DNA from: an uncultured Bacteroidota bacterium
GTDB lineage: Bacteria; Bacteroidota; Ignavibacteria; UBA10030; UBA6906
Assembly: GCA_963700635.1 (NCBI GenBank)
Contig: CAVOYH010000003.1
Span: forward strand, 1,824,001-1,888,000
DNA length: 64,000 nt
Direction: 5' to 3'
The notes beneath the pieces are model-generated. The model made no database searches. It had not been told where the DNA came from and saw only the letters and a list, made by a program, of their open reading frames with translations. Shown piece by piece: positions 10,931 through 21,776 of this stretch. Position 1 is the first letter of the stretch. Every line of letters begins with the position of its first letter. A program made the translations under genes and the position numbers.

Positions 10931-11871
10931 TGAAACGTTCGGCCCGGCCCGATGTCGTTCTTGCCGGCCTGGCAGTGGTAGACGTGATCGGACGTCCGGT
11001 CGATCTCGCACGCCTGCCGCGTGCGGGCGGGCTCCAGCTTCTCCAGTCGGTTACCCTGACGACGGGTGGAAACGTTTCGAACTGCGGGATCGACCTGGCC
11101 AAACTCGGTTTCCATGTCGCGGCGATTACCCGCATTGGAGACGATACTCTCGGCGAATTTGTGCGAAGAGAGTACATCCGCCACACGGTAGACACCGCCG
11201 GCGTGGTCATCGACCGCCGCGACCAGACGTCCGCGACGCTGGTGGCCGTCGACGGGACCGGCGAGCGCACCTTCCTCCACACAAGGGGATGTCTGCGCAA
11301 CTTCAGGGTAGCGGATGTTCTCGCAAATCTTCCACTGATCCGGCGCTCGCGCCTGTTCGCATTCGGCTACCTGGGGCTCCTGCCCGAAAGTGAACCCCAT
11401 CTTCCACGTCTGTTCCGGACGATCAAGCAGTCGACGCGCGTGACGACGCTTCTTGACACGGGAGGGAACCCCCGGCGGCAGCCGGCCCTGCTTCGAACAC
11501 TCCTGCCGTTCGTTGATATCTTCATCCCCAGTCTGGAAGAGGCGAAAACGATCACTGGTGCGCGAACGCCGGAGGCCATCGTGCGACGACTCCGCGACTG
11601 GGGTGCGCCCGGAGTTCTCGGCGTCAAACTGGGTGCAGAGGGATGTTACGTGAGCGACGGAACCGTCGCAGCGTATGTCCCTCCGGTCAAGGTCCGCACC
11701 GTGGTGGACGCAACAGGCGCGGGAGATGCGTTCGTGGCTGGTTTCATTGCAGCGACGCTGAAAGGATATGCTCCTCGTGCGGCGGCCCGTCTCGCCAATG
11801 CGGTTGCTTCCAGCTGTGTCACGGCCGTGGGTGCATCCACCGCGATTCAATCATTCAGGCACTACCAATGA
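10930..11871 (+). CDS. PfkB/ribokinase-family carbohydrate kinase
   Basis: GGNVSN, IGDDTLG, GERTF, VKLGAEG, VVDATGAGDAF signatures. Confidence 0.92.
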   Translation: MKRSARPDVVLAGLAVVDVIGRPVDLARLPRAGGLQLLQSVTLTTGGNVSNCGIDLAKLGFHVAAITRIGDDTLGEFVRREYIRHTVDTAGVVIDRRDQTSATLVAVDGTGERTFLHTRGCLRNFRVADVLANLPLIRRSRLFAFGYLGLLPESEPHLPRLFRTIKQSTRVTTLLDTGGNPRRQPALLRTLLPFVDIFIPSLEEAKTITGARTPEAIVRRLRDWGAPGVLGVKLGAEGCYVSDGTVAAYVPPVKVRTVVDATGAGDAFVAGFIAATLKGYAPRAAARLANAVASSCVTAVGASTAIQSFRHYQ

Positions 11872-14555
11872 CACCGACCTACCATATCGTCTCGCATTCG
11901 CACTGGGACAGGGAGTGGTACAAGACGTTCGAGCAGTTCCGTCCCATGCTCGTCAATATGGTGGACGATCTTATCGACCTTCTCCAGCGTGATCCGACGT
12001 ACCGCTGTTTCACGCTCGACGGGCAGACGGTGATTCTGGAGGACTATCTGGCCGTACGCCCGGAACGGGAAGCACAACTCCGGTCGCTGGTGCGGGAGGG
12101 GAGGCTGGTCATCGGACCGTGGTACATCCTGCCGGACGAATTTCTCGTCAGCGGGGAGGCAACCGTCCGCAATCTCCTGCACGGGCAGGAGGATTCGCGA
12201 CGGTTCGGTGCGAGCATGGATGTCGGATACATCCCTGACAGCTTCGGGCACATTGCGATGATGCCTGCCATCCTGAAGGGGTTCGGCATACCAACGGCAC
12301 TGGTGTACAGGGGATTCGGCGGCGAGCCGGATCAACGATCTTCCGAATATCGGTGGCACGCGCCCGACGGGACGACCTGTCTCATGGTTCACCTGTTCCG
12401 TCACGGTTACAGCGCGGGGTATTTTCATCAGGAGAGCGACGAGGAGATCATTGCACGGTTTCGCGGGCTGAAGGAGGAGGTGGACGGACGGGCTGTGACA
12501 TCGCACCGTCTTATCATGAACGGGGGCGACCACCACTGGCCCGATCCACGCCTTCCTCAGACCCTGGACCTGTTGCGAAAGCACTATGACGGACAGTTCG
12601 TCCACAGCACCGTGCCCGCATACGTCGAGGCCGTACGCAGGGAAGCCGGAGACGTTACTGAGGTCCATGGCGAACTCCGTTTCGGGTACCGATATGCCTT
12701 TGCCGTTCTGGGAGGCGTCTATTCAAGCCGGATGTATCTGAAGCAGGCAAACTGGCGCACGCAATTGCTGCTCCAGCGCTATGCGGAACCGCTCAACTGT
12801 CTGGGGGTCCTGTCCGGCATGCGCAGCCAGCTTCCCCTGGTCCATCATGCATGGCGCACGCTTCTGAAGAACCATCCACACGACAGCATATGTGGCTGCA
12901 GTATCGACCCGGTACATCGCGAAATGATGACGCGTTTCAAGGCCGTGGAAGATATCGGCGCCGGCGTGATCGACGCGGGACTCGAGCAGTTGATACCGCT
13001 TGATGACCGCGAGGCCGGTGACGACCGTCACCTCTATTTTTTCAATCCGTCCGCTTTTGAGCGCACGGAAACGGCTTCCGCCCTGGCGCACTTCTACCTT
13101 CAGGATATTGTCGTGGGTCTCAATCCCGACGTGACGGTCGCCCCCAAACGCAAGCCCGTGAAGGGTTTCGGGTTGTATGACGACAAAGGGGCAGAAGTGC
13201 CCGTGCAGGTGATATCGCGCGCCGAAGAGTATGATATCACGTACTCGAAATACAACTACCCCAGGCAGACCTATGCGGAACGGTTTTCGGTTCTCGTGGA
13301 TGCCAGTGGTATACCACCGATGGGCTACCGGGGGTTTACCGTCAGGAAGAAACCCGCCTTCACGAAATTCCCGAGTCGGCTGAAGAGCAGCCCTCGCTCG
13401 ATCGAGAACGATTTCCTGCGCGTTGCTGTGACGTCACACGGCGAACTTGTGATCACCGATACGTCCATCGGTCGTCAGATCCGCGGCCTTCACGTCTTCG
13501 AGGACACCGGCGATGTCGGTGACGAGTACAACTACTCGTATCCCCGGCGGGACCGGCGGGTGGTTTCGACCAGGGGAAGCGTACGCGTGACCCGTGTCGA
13601 GCGGGGTCCGCTCCGTGTCGCCCTGAAAATCCGGATGGTCATGCGAGTCCCGCGCGAGTGCACGCCGGACCGCCGGGGAAGGTCCACGACACTCGTGGAT
13701 CTGCCAATCACCACTGTTGTCTCCCTGACCGCTTCTTCTCGTGCTGTCTCCTGTGAGACGACGGTGGAAAACACCGCCCGGGATCACCGGCTTCGCGTGC
13801 TCTTTGCGTCCGGCATCAGAACAGAATCAGTCATGGCCGATTCGCCCTTCAGCGTGGTGCGGCGGACGCAGAAGAAGCACAATACCCGTGCATTCACAAT
13901 CGAACATCCCGCTGCAGTCGCACCGATGCAGCGGTTTGTCGCGGTTGCCGACGACCGGACGTCGTTCACGCTTCTGACAGAAGGGCTTCCGGAGTACGAA
14001 CTGCTGCCAGGAGGCAAAGGGACACTTGCCCTTACGCTGCTGCGGTGTGTCGGACTGCTGGCAGGCGAGGATTTGATCACCCGGCCCGGGGGAAAGGCAG
14101 GCTGGCACAATGAGACTCCCGACGCGCAATGCCCGGGAACGCACGTGTTCCGCTATGCACTCCTTCCGATCCCGGCAGAAGAGTTTACAGCCGGCGAGAC
14201 GCTCCTCCGGGAATGTGAACGGTTTCATGTCCCGCTGCTTCCGGTGCGGAGGAAGAACGCCGTACCGGTTCCTCCGGCGGACTCTTTCTTTTCCTGTTCG
14301 AACGAAGCACTCGCCCTCAGTGCGTTCAAGGAAGCGGAAGACGGCCGCGGTGTTATCCTTCGCTTCTCCAACACGTGTGAGAGGCCTCTGGAGGCGCGGG
14401 TCCGGTTCCGCAGGCCGGTGGCCAGCGCAGCGCTTGCCCGGCTCGACGAAACGCCGCAGTCGCCCCTGGACATCGAGGGTGGGACGGCGATAGTCCTCTC
14501 AGCAAAACCGTCAGGAATTGTGACGGTGCGACTTACATTCAAGGATACTCCGTGA
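11868..14555 (+). CDS. GH38 alpha-mannosidase (MngB/mannosylglycerate hydrolase-like), cytoplasmic
   Basis: HSHWDREWY, FTLDGQ, IGPWYILPDEFLVSGE, YIPDSFGH, HPHDSICGCSIDPVH, GDVGDEYNYS; ATG 11868 overlaps upstream stop (ATGA). Confidence 0.92.
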   Translation: MTPTYHIVSHSHWDREWYKTFEQFRPMLVNMVDDLIDLLQRDPTYRCFTLDGQTVILEDYLAVRPEREAQLRSLVREGRLVIGPWYILPDEFLVSGEATVRNLLHGQEDSRRFGASMDVGYIPDSFGHIAMMPAILKGFGIPTALVYRGFGGEPDQRSSEYRWHAPDGTTCLMVHLFRHGYSAGYFHQESDEEIIARFRGLKEEVDGRAVTSHRLIMNGGDHHWPDPRLPQTLDLLRKHYDGQFVHSTVPAYVEAVRREAGDVTEVHGELRFGYRYAFAVLGGVYSSRMYLKQANWRTQLLLQRYAEPLNCLGVLSGMRSQLPLVHHAWRTLLKNHPHDSICGCSIDPVHREMMTRFKAVEDIGAGVIDAGLEQLIPLDDREAGDDRHLYFFNPSAFERTETASALAHFYLQDIVVGLNPDVTVAPKRKPVKGFGLYDDKGAEVPVQVISRAEEYDITYSKYNYPRQTYAERFSVLVDASGIPPMGYRGFTVRKKPAFTKFPSRLKSSPRSIENDFLRVAVTSHGELVITDTSIGRQIRGLHVFEDTGDVGDEYNYSYPRRDRRVVSTRGSVRVTRVERGPLRVALKIRMVMRVPRECTPDRRGRSTTLVDLPITTVVSLTASSRAVSCETTVENTARDHRLRVLFASGIRTESVMADSPFSVVRRTQKKHNTRAFTIEHPAAVAPMQRFVAVADDRTSFTLLTEGLPEYELLPGGKGTLALTLLRCVGLLAGEDLITRPGGKAGWHNETPDAQCPGTHVFRYALLPIPAEEFTAGETLLRECERFHVPLLPVRRKNAVPVPPADSFFSCSNEALALSAFKEAEDGRGVILRFSNTCERPLEARVRFRRPVASAALARLDETPQSPLDIEGGTAIVLSAKPSGIVTVRLTFKDTP

Positions 14556-14577
14556 TGAGCGGAAGGGAGACGACGTC

Positions 14578-15474
14578 ATGAGAATAGCACAGATGCAGGA
14601 TGAGTGGGGCTTTCTGGTCGGCATCGAACTCGGAGGGAAGTGGATCAATTACAGCAAAGCCAGTGCCGCATATTATCTGATGGAGCGGAACATCACGCTG
14701 CTGCCCCGCCCGACAATCGGTGTCCTGCTCGAACGCGGCCAGTTCCATCACGAGGAGTTTGCCGCTGTTGCCCGGTTCGTCCGCACACACCGTCTCCAGA
14801 AATATCTGACCGTATCCCGGGAAGCGGTCCTTCGCGCGCCGATTCCGCGTCCGGGGAAGATCGTCGCTCTGGGCCTCAACTATGCGCTCCATGTCAAGGA
14901 AAGTTCGTTGAGCAAGCCGAAGGAACCGGTCATCTTCATGAAGGCCGGTTCATCGGTGATCGGTCCGGATGAACCAATCCGTATCCCCAGGGGGCTCGGA
15001 CGGATGGATCATGAAGTAGAACTCGCGGTCGTGATAGGAAAGCGGGCTACCGCCGTTTCGAAGCGGAACGCGTACGACTATATTGCCGGGTACACCATAT
15101 GCAATGATGTCACCGCCCGGAGTCTTCAGACACAGGACATCAACAACCGGTATCCCTGGTTCCGGACGAAAAGTTTCGACACATTCACGCCCCTTGGCCC
15201 GTATATCGTGACCCCTGATGAGATCCGCCCGCCGGTCCGGCTGAATGTGGAGTGCCGTGTAAACGGAAAGCTGAGGCAGAAATCCAATACGCGTCATCTC
15301 CTGTTCGATATCCCGACCATTATTGAATATGTGAGCCGCACGATCACGCTGGAACCGGGAGACATTATTTCGACGGGAACACCGGAGGGGATCGGGCGCA
15401 TCACGCATGGCGATCGTGTGGTGTGCCGCGTGGATCGGATCGGCGAATTGAAAAACCCCGTGCGGTACCGATGA
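14578..15474 (+). CDS. Fumarylacetoacetate hydrolase (FAH) family protein
   Basis: KIVALGLNY, DHEVELAVVIG, NDVTAR, KSFDTFTPLGP, LEPGDIISTGTPEG. Confidence 0.92.
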   Translation: MRIAQMQDEWGFLVGIELGGKWINYSKASAAYYLMERNITLLPRPTIGVLLERGQFHHEEFAAVARFVRTHRLQKYLTVSREAVLRAPIPRPGKIVALGLNYALHVKESSLSKPKEPVIFMKAGSSVIGPDEPIRIPRGLGRMDHEVELAVVIGKRATAVSKRNAYDYIAGYTICNDVTARSLQTQDINNRYPWFRTKSFDTFTPLGPYIVTPDEIRPPVRLNVECRVNGKLRQKSNTRHLLFDIPTIIEYVSRTITLEPGDIISTGTPEGIGRITHGDRVVCRVDRIGELKNPVRYR

Positions 15475-16607
15475 TACCCGAGCGTCGTGCAATGGTCAAC
15501 CTCCTGGCCGATCTGGTGCGGATTCCCAGTATCAATCCCATGGGACGCGCAGCGAGTGGTACGGGATACTGTGAGGGAGAGATTGCCGCGTATGTCGCTT
15601 CCTATCTGCAGGCGCACGGAGTGGATGTAACGATGACCGAGGTTTCGCCCGGCAGGCCCAACGTGATCGGGTTCGTGGATGCGGGCGCTCCCCGCACGCT
15701 CCTGCTCGAAGCGCATCTTGATACCGTCCATGCGGACGGAATGAGTATCCCTCCTTTCGCGGCTGAGGTGCGGGACAATTGCCTGTACGGTCGCGGTGCG
15801 TGCGATACCAAAGGATCGCTTGCTGCGTTTCTCTACGCTGTGTGCGCCCTGCTCGATGAACGCCGGACCCTGAAGCATAACGTCATTCTGGCCGCTGTAG
15901 CTGATGAAGAGTATCAGTTCACCGGCGCACGCCATGCCGTGCAGCAGGGATTGCGGGCGGATTTCGGGATAGCGGGGGAGCCGACCAATCTGGCGATCGT
16001 CCGGGCGCACAAAGGGGTCGTTCGCTGGCGTCTGAGCACGACGGGCACGTCGGCCCATTCGGCGTACCCGGACCGCGGGACCAATGCCATCTACCGGATG
16101 GGGCGTGTCCTTGTGCGGCTCGAAGCGTATGCGGATTCTCTCCAACGGCTGCAGCCGCATCCGTTGCTCGGGACTCCAACGCTGAGTGTGGGTGTCATTG
16201 AAGGGGGGCAGGCGGTCAATGTCGTTCCGTCTCGATGTACGATCGAACTCGACCGGCGAGTCCTTCCCGGTGAAACCGCCGGGAGCGCCGTGAACGAGGT
16301 GGCGGCGTTGCTGGACGATCTCCAGGGGTGGACCATGGCCGATCCCCACCTCGCCGTACAAGGGATGGACATTGATGAAAGTGCACCCATCGTTGCACTC
16401 CTGGCGGATGCCGTGTCACATGTGACCGGGTCCGCCCGGGTCGAAGGTGCATACTACGCGACTGACGCCGGCATTTACAGCGCAGGCGGGATTCCGACTG
16501 TGGTCTTCGGTCCGGGAGATATCGCTCTCGCCCACACGGCGGAGGAGCATCTCTCCCTGGATCAGTATGCGCACGCGATCAGCATCGTTCAGGCATTGCT
16601 GCAATGA
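15471..16607 (+). CDS. M20 metallopeptidase/deacylase (ArgE/DapE-like)
   Basis: AHLDTV, YGRGACDTKG, DEE, GEPT, SAHS, NVVP, TDA, FGPG, AHTAEE. Confidence 0.92.
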   Translation: MIPERRAMVNLLADLVRIPSINPMGRAASGTGYCEGEIAAYVASYLQAHGVDVTMTEVSPGRPNVIGFVDAGAPRTLLLEAHLDTVHADGMSIPPFAAEVRDNCLYGRGACDTKGSLAAFLYAVCALLDERRTLKHNVILAAVADEEYQFTGARHAVQQGLRADFGIAGEPTNLAIVRAHKGVVRWRLSTTGTSAHSAYPDRGTNAIYRMGRVLVRLEAYADSLQRLQPHPLLGTPTLSVGVIEGGQAVNVVPSRCTIELDRRVLPGETAGSAVNEVAALLDDLQGWTMADPHLAVQGMDIDESAPIVALLADAVSHVTGSARVEGAYYATDAGIYSAGGIPTVVFGPGDIALAHTAEEHLSLDQYAHAISIVQALLQ

Positions 16608-17536
16608 GCGATCACGTCATACTTGGCCTGGATATCGGTGGAACAAAAACGGCGGCAGTGCTTGGAACCTCCCGGGGTGACATTCGCATGCGCGAGGAGA
16701 TCCGTACCGGCGCTGCCAGGGGTTTTGCCGCCGTCTTTGCAGATATTTCCCGACTCGCCGAGACTGTCTTGCATCGCGTCTCCGGATGTGAGGCGATCAG
16801 TGTTTCTATCGGGGGGCCGCTCGACGTAGAACGGGGCATCATACTCTCTCCCCCCAACCTGCCGGGCTGGGACCGGATAGAGTTGAAGCGGTTGCTTGCC
16901 GAACGATTCCGGCTTCCCGTGTATGTTGAGCATGACGGCAACGCGGGAGCTCTCGCAGAGTGGTACTTCGGCGCAGGCCGTGGAGCCCGGACCCTTATTT
17001 TCCTGACGATGGGTACGGGATTCGGCGCGGGTCTGATTCTCGATGGCAGATTGTTCCGTGGTGCAAGCGATGTTGCGGGGGAGATAGGACATGTCCGCAT
17101 AGCCGAGGAAGGGCCGGACTGCTACGGGAAAGCAGGCTCCCTCGAGGGGTATGCAAGCGGCACAGGCATCGTCCGTCTTGCCGGGATGATGGCTCCCGGC
17201 AGGTGGTCGCCTGGATTCACCGTCAAGCACCTCGCAGATGAAGCCCGTGCGGGCGATGCTGAGGCCCGCGCCGTTTTTGACCGTGCGGCTCTGTACCTGG
17301 GCCGAGGCTTTGCGATGCTGATCGATACACTGAACCCCGAGAAGATCATCGTGGGGGGGATCGGTATGCGGCTGACGGACATTCTGCTGACCCCCGCATG
17401 CCGCGTGGCGGAGGCGGAGGCCCTCCCCGCAGCCTGGAATGTCTGTTCCATCGTTCCGGCAGGGTTGGGAGAGGGGATCGGCGATATCGCCGCACTCTGC
17501 GGCGCACTGAATCAAGGAGAACTCTTTCAAAACTGA
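16604..17536 (+). CDS. ROK family sugar kinase
   Basis: GLDIGGTK, EHDGNAGALAE, GTGFGAG, AGEIGH, GSLEGYASG; no HTH domain. Confidence 0.92.
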   Translation: MSDHVILGLDIGGTKTAAVLGTSRGDIRMREEIRTGAARGFAAVFADISRLAETVLHRVSGCEAISVSIGGPLDVERGIILSPPNLPGWDRIELKRLLAERFRLPVYVEHDGNAGALAEWYFGAGRGARTLIFLTMGTGFGAGLILDGRLFRGASDVAGEIGHVRIAEEGPDCYGKAGSLEGYASGTGIVRLAGMMAPGRWSPGFTVKHLADEARAGDAEARAVFDRAALYLGRGFAMLIDTLNPEKIIVGGIGMRLTDILLTPACRVAEAEALPAAWNVCSIVPAGLGEGIGDIAALCGALNQGELFQN

Positions 17537-17537
17537 T

Positions 17538-18641
17538 ATGGCACATACCTTCCCTCATATACCGCTCACGAAGGCTGCTCCCGACGCGGATTTGTTTGTC
17601 CGTACGCTGATGGGAAAGGCCCAAACCCATCGGGCACCACTCATTGAATACATCGTGGACGATGTGGTCATGAGGCCCATTGTCGAGCAACTCCTCGGTC
17701 GCGCCTGGGCTCCCTCCGGCCCGGGGCGCGCAGAGCAGACAGCCTTCCTCGACAACACGATTCATTTCTGGAAAGGGATGGGGTACGATTTCGTCCGCTT
17801 CGAAGAGAGTCTGGCGTTGCCCGAACGGAAGAACCTGATCCCCGATGCGGCCCCCGGATCTCTCAAAGACAGGGCCTGGCCCGATGAGCACGAGGGCGTA
17901 ATCACAGGGTGGGAGGATTTCGAGCGGTATCCCTGGCCCCGCGTCGAAGAATTTGACTTCTTCCCGTTCGAGTATTTGAACGCGCACCTCCCCGACGGGA
18001 TGGGGCTCATCAGTTCCCACGGGGGAGGAGTGTTCGAGCACCTCTCCTGGATCATGTCCTTTGAGGGGCTCTGCAATGCGCTCTACGAAAATCCAGAGCT
18101 TGTCAAAGCCGTCGCGGACCGTCTCGGTGAACTGATGAAGGGGTTTTACAGACACCTGCTGGATCTCGACCGGCTTGTCGCCGTGTTTCCGGGGGACGAT
18201 ATGGGATACCGGACTGCCACCATGATATCCCCCCGGGATTTGCGTACATACATACTCCCCTGGCACAAACAGTTTGCCGGGATGGCTCACGAGCGGGGGG
18301 TCCCGTATTTCCTCCACTCGTGCGGCAACATCCTTGCCATCATGGAGGATCTTCTCACCGATGTCGGCATCGATGGCAAGCACTCGTACGAGGATGCCAT
18401 TATTCCGGCCGATGCCTTCCAGCAGCGGTACCATAACCGGGTGGCGGTGTTGGGAGGTGTGGACCTCAATATTCTGTCGGGGAAGAGCCCTGAGGAGGTC
18501 CGGGCGAGGGTCCGCGAGCTGATTCTCCTGTGCGGACCGGGGGGGCGTTATGCCATCGGTTCGGGGAATTCGGTCCCCAGTTATGTACCCGTAGACAACT
18601 ATCTCTCAATGATTGACGAGTCCTATGCGACCCACTACTAG
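17538..18641 (+). CDS. URO-D/MtaA-CmuA (MT2-like) family protein
   Basis: GDDMGY, MISP, FLHSCGN, LGGVD, GGRYAIGSGNSVP; URO-D/CIMS-like TIM barrel pattern. Confidence 0.85.
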   Translation: MAHTFPHIPLTKAAPDADLFVRTLMGKAQTHRAPLIEYIVDDVVMRPIVEQLLGRAWAPSGPGRAEQTAFLDNTIHFWKGMGYDFVRFEESLALPERKNLIPDAAPGSLKDRAWPDEHEGVITGWEDFERYPWPRVEEFDFFPFEYLNAHLPDGMGLISSHGGGVFEHLSWIMSFEGLCNALYENPELVKAVADRLGELMKGFYRHLLDLDRLVAVFPGDDMGYRTATMISPRDLRTYILPWHKQFAGMAHERGVPYFLHSCGNILAIMEDLLTDVGIDGKHSYEDAIIPADAFQQRYHNRVAVLGGVDLNILSGKSPEEVRARVRELILLCGPGGRYAIGSGNSVPSYVPVDNYLSMIDESYATHY

Positions 18642-20865
18642 GTTTGGTGTACTCACCGTTCTTTTGCTGACAGCCGTCCTGCAGGGAGCCGCGCAAAAGC
18701 AGCTCTACATGAATGAGATCCTCAAGTCGGCCGAGAAATCATGGGCCGAGTTGCCGGCGATACTTGAACAGTGGAAGACAAATCCACAGCACAGTGTTCT
18801 CTGGGGGTACAACTCCCCCCCGCACCCGTTGTATCTTGCGGGCGTGTACGGTTTCCTGTACACAGAGACCGGCGAACGGCGTTATGCGGAGCGGGTGGCT
18901 TCGTTGCTCTCCACTTACGGGAGCTTGCGGGATGTCCTGCCGCCCGATTTCGCGTCGCATCGGGCCGAATATGAGGCAGGTGTGCCGGCTGTGTCGAATT
19001 TCTTCTACCTTCCACCCTTCGCCCGGGCCTACCTGGCTATCCGCGGGAGCGGTGTGCTCACCGACGCGACCCGTAAGACGATTGAGGCAGATCTGGCGGG
19101 AAGCATCGACTTCATTTTCAGATTTCCCGAATGGGGCGCGCACAACCGGGCCATGCTCAGGGCGGAAGCATTCCTTGCTGCAGCTCAGGCCCTCCCGGAC
19201 CACCCTCATGCACGCCGGTGGAAGCAGATGGCATCAGCCGTTGCCGCGGACAACGTCCGGCACTGGGAGATCGAAGACGCGACAGTCTATCATCCGGTGT
19301 GGCTCCACGCCCTTCTCTCCTACGCCGAAACTGCAGGGCGTACCGAGGTCCGCTCCTCTGCCATGATGCGGTACTACGCAGAATATTTCACCAGGCTAAT
19401 GGCTCCCTCCGGGCTGATACCGGATTTTGGCGACGCATACTGGGACTCCGCCCTGGAAGGATCGCGCATGGTGGCAATCATGGAAGGGATGGCGGCGGCC
19501 TTCCATGATCCCACGATGAAATGGACTGCCCGCGAACTCTTCCGGAAGGCACGGCGAAGGGTCGATACCCTCGGGTTCGGCGACGCGTACTACCTTTGCG
19601 ATGCGTACCGCTGGGCCGACGAAACGATCGGTGCCCGACCCCCGTCAGGGGGAAGTGAAGAAGTCCTGGATGACCTCATCGGAAAAAAAGTGGTCTTCCG
19701 GAACGGGTGGGACTCCACAAGCACGTATCTTTTGCTCAATTACCGCGATGAGGGGGAAGCGGGGTGGATGGGTCGTCGTTACCTCCGCAACACGATTTCC
19801 GTCGAAGAAGAGAAAATGCACCATGGCCACGCGGACGAGAACAGCATCGCATTGTTGATGGACGGCGGCTCGGTTCTCCTGCATGATGCCGGATACCGGG
19901 ACGATCTGCCCAGCGGTCCGTACGGTGCCTGGCGTCAGGATTATTTCCATAACAGGCTCGTGGCTCGTCTCGGCAAGCGCGACCAACGGCAGTCTGTTCT
20001 CTCCTATGTACACAACTCCGGAGCATACCGGGCGGTCAACACAAAGAAAATCGACTTCCTCCAACTGCGTGACGTGGACATGAGCCGGACCAGAGTCACG
20101 GACGACAAGATGGGCTACGAGTGGGACCGGATTATTGTCTATGTCCGTTCGGCGGGTCTGTTCGTCGTGGTCGACGGGGTCCAGGCCTTGCGCCCTGACT
20201 ATTTCACATTCACGAATTTCTGGCATGCAGGTACGGTTCTCGATTCGTTCCAGCATGGCTACCGGATCGGCGTGGACTCTGTCGGAGATCTGCCTGTCTC
20301 TCGCCGGCGGGCGATGAAACTCCTGTTTCTCGAACACACGGCAAAAACCGAAGGGCGTGAGCCGATCAGCCGCCATCGCCGGACCGAACAGGCGCTGTAC
20401 CAGAGCATCTCCAGCCAGTATAATACCGGTGACCGGGAGATGTTTGTGACCGTGCTGATCCCGGAAGATCGCAACGCCCGCGCGAGCGATGCTCCCCGCG
20501 TGGAACTGGTGCCGACATCCCACCCCATGCAGGCTGTGGGGGTCCGGATTGAGCAGGGAGGAACCCGGACTACCGTGGGTATCAAGATGGATCTCGACAT
20601 GGAAATTGCGAGGGAAAATATCCGGCCGCGGTACCCGTATGACCTTGGCAAGGTGACGTACGGTGACGTGGAGACCGACGCACATTTCTTTGCCCTCAGG
20701 GAGTCCGGGAAGACGGCAGCGTTTTCCGCAGCGAATGTACTCCGATTCGTCTATCGTGGTGCGACCCGTATGTCTGCATTACCGAATACCCACAGCCTTC
20801 AGCTGGATGGGAGCGGCGAGCGGGTGGGATACTCGAAGTGGAGGATCTTTGAAAGTGAAGAGTGA
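18625..20865 (+). CDS. Secreted heparinase II/III-like (polysaccharide lyase-like) protein
   Basis: Signal peptide; WGAHN, EDATVYH, IPDFGDA, FRNGW, HGHADENS, DAGY, HN, the pattern of Hepar_II_III-type toroid plus beta-sandwich proteins. Confidence 0.6.
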   Translation: MRPTTRFGVLTVLLLTAVLQGAAQKQLYMNEILKSAEKSWAELPAILEQWKTNPQHSVLWGYNSPPHPLYLAGVYGFLYTETGERRYAERVASLLSTYGSLRDVLPPDFASHRAEYEAGVPAVSNFFYLPPFARAYLAIRGSGVLTDATRKTIEADLAGSIDFIFRFPEWGAHNRAMLRAEAFLAAAQALPDHPHARRWKQMASAVAADNVRHWEIEDATVYHPVWLHALLSYAETAGRTEVRSSAMMRYYAEYFTRLMAPSGLIPDFGDAYWDSALEGSRMVAIMEGMAAAFHDPTMKWTARELFRKARRRVDTLGFGDAYYLCDAYRWADETIGARPPSGGSEEVLDDLIGKKVVFRNGWDSTSTYLLLNYRDEGEAGWMGRRYLRNTISVEEEKMHHGHADENSIALLMDGGSVLLHDAGYRDDLPSGPYGAWRQDYFHNRLVARLGKRDQRQSVLSYVHNSGAYRAVNTKKIDFLQLRDVDMSRTRVTDDKMGYEWDRIIVYVRSAGLFVVVDGVQALRPDYFTFTNFWHAGTVLDSFQHGYRIGVDSVGDLPVSRRRAMKLLFLEHTAKTEGREPISRHRRTEQALYQSISSQYNTGDREMFVTVLIPEDRNARASDAPRVELVPTSHPMQAVGVRIEQGGTRTTVGIKMDLDMEIARENIRPRYPYDLGKVTYGDVETDAHFFALRESGKTAAFSAANVLRFVYRGATRMSALPNTHSLQLDGSGERVGYSKWRIFESEE

Positions 20866-20948
20866 CTCTGCACGGAGAGGAGTGAGGGGCGGAGAGCAGG
20901 AACACGGAGGACGCCTGAAAAAAGTCCAGCAGTGAAAGAAGGAGAGCG

Positions 20949-21776
20949 ATGGTAACAGGAAAAGAAGTGCGGATACAGCGTATCTGGAAACACCGGCGGG
21001 CCGTTCTGGTCCCGTTCGATCACGGAGGGTTCAGCGGTCCCCATCCGGGGATCGAAGACCTTGTACGGTTGACCGAAAGGCTTTCGCGCACACGGGTCGA
21101 CGGGATTCTGGTGTCGGCCGGGATGATCCAGCATATTGCTCCGGCTGTCGGGCAGCTGGCCATTCTGGCCAGGCTGGATGGCGGGTTTACGCGGTTTGCG
21201 ACTGCTCCGGCCGACTACGAACAACTCTGGTCGGTGCGGGATGTCGTAACCCTGGGGGCCGATGCAGCGATTGTCTTCACATTTGTCGGCACGGCGATGG
21301 AAGCCGGTTCCATGAAGAGACTGGGTGCCGCAGCGGCAGAGGCCCATGCGTATGGCCTCCCCCTTGCTTCGGAGATCATTCCCCCGAGCCTCCTGAACAA
21401 TCATTTCGGGATGACCGTGTTCCCCCGTGCGCCGAAGCAGGCCAATGTCGATGAGGAGATCCGCCAGACAATCCGGATCGGGGCGGAATGCGGAGCGGAT
21501 ATCATCAAGACCAGGTTCAGCGGCGATATCGCACGCTTCAGGCAATCCGTCCGTTCCGCAGGCGCAAAGGTGATTGTTGCGGGGGGACCTCTCGGGAGCG
21601 GCTCGGACGAAGCCGTTCTGCAGCTGGCGCATGACTGCGTTCAGGCCGAGGCAGACGGCATCATTTTCGGGCGAACAGTGTGGCAGCACCCGCGCATGGA
21701 AAAAATCCTGGCGGCGTTATGTGCGATCGTGCATGAAGAAGAAACCGTCGCGCAGGCCCGAAAGCTGCTGCGATGA
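20949..21776 (+). CDS. Class I aldolase, DhnA/LsrF/FbaB family
   Basis: PFDHG, Schiff-base lysine in GADIIKT, VIVAGG, GIIFGRTVWQ. Confidence 0.88.
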   Translation: MVTGKEVRIQRIWKHRRAVLVPFDHGGFSGPHPGIEDLVRLTERLSRTRVDGILVSAGMIQHIAPAVGQLAILARLDGGFTRFATAPADYEQLWSVRDVVTLGADAAIVFTFVGTAMEAGSMKRLGAAAAEAHAYGLPLASEIIPPSLLNNHFGMTVFPRAPKQANVDEEIRQTIRIGAECGADIIKTRFSGDIARFRQSVRSAGAKVIVAGGPLGSGSDEAVLQLAHDCVQAEADGIIFGRTVWQHPRMEKILAALCAIVHEEETVAQARKLLR

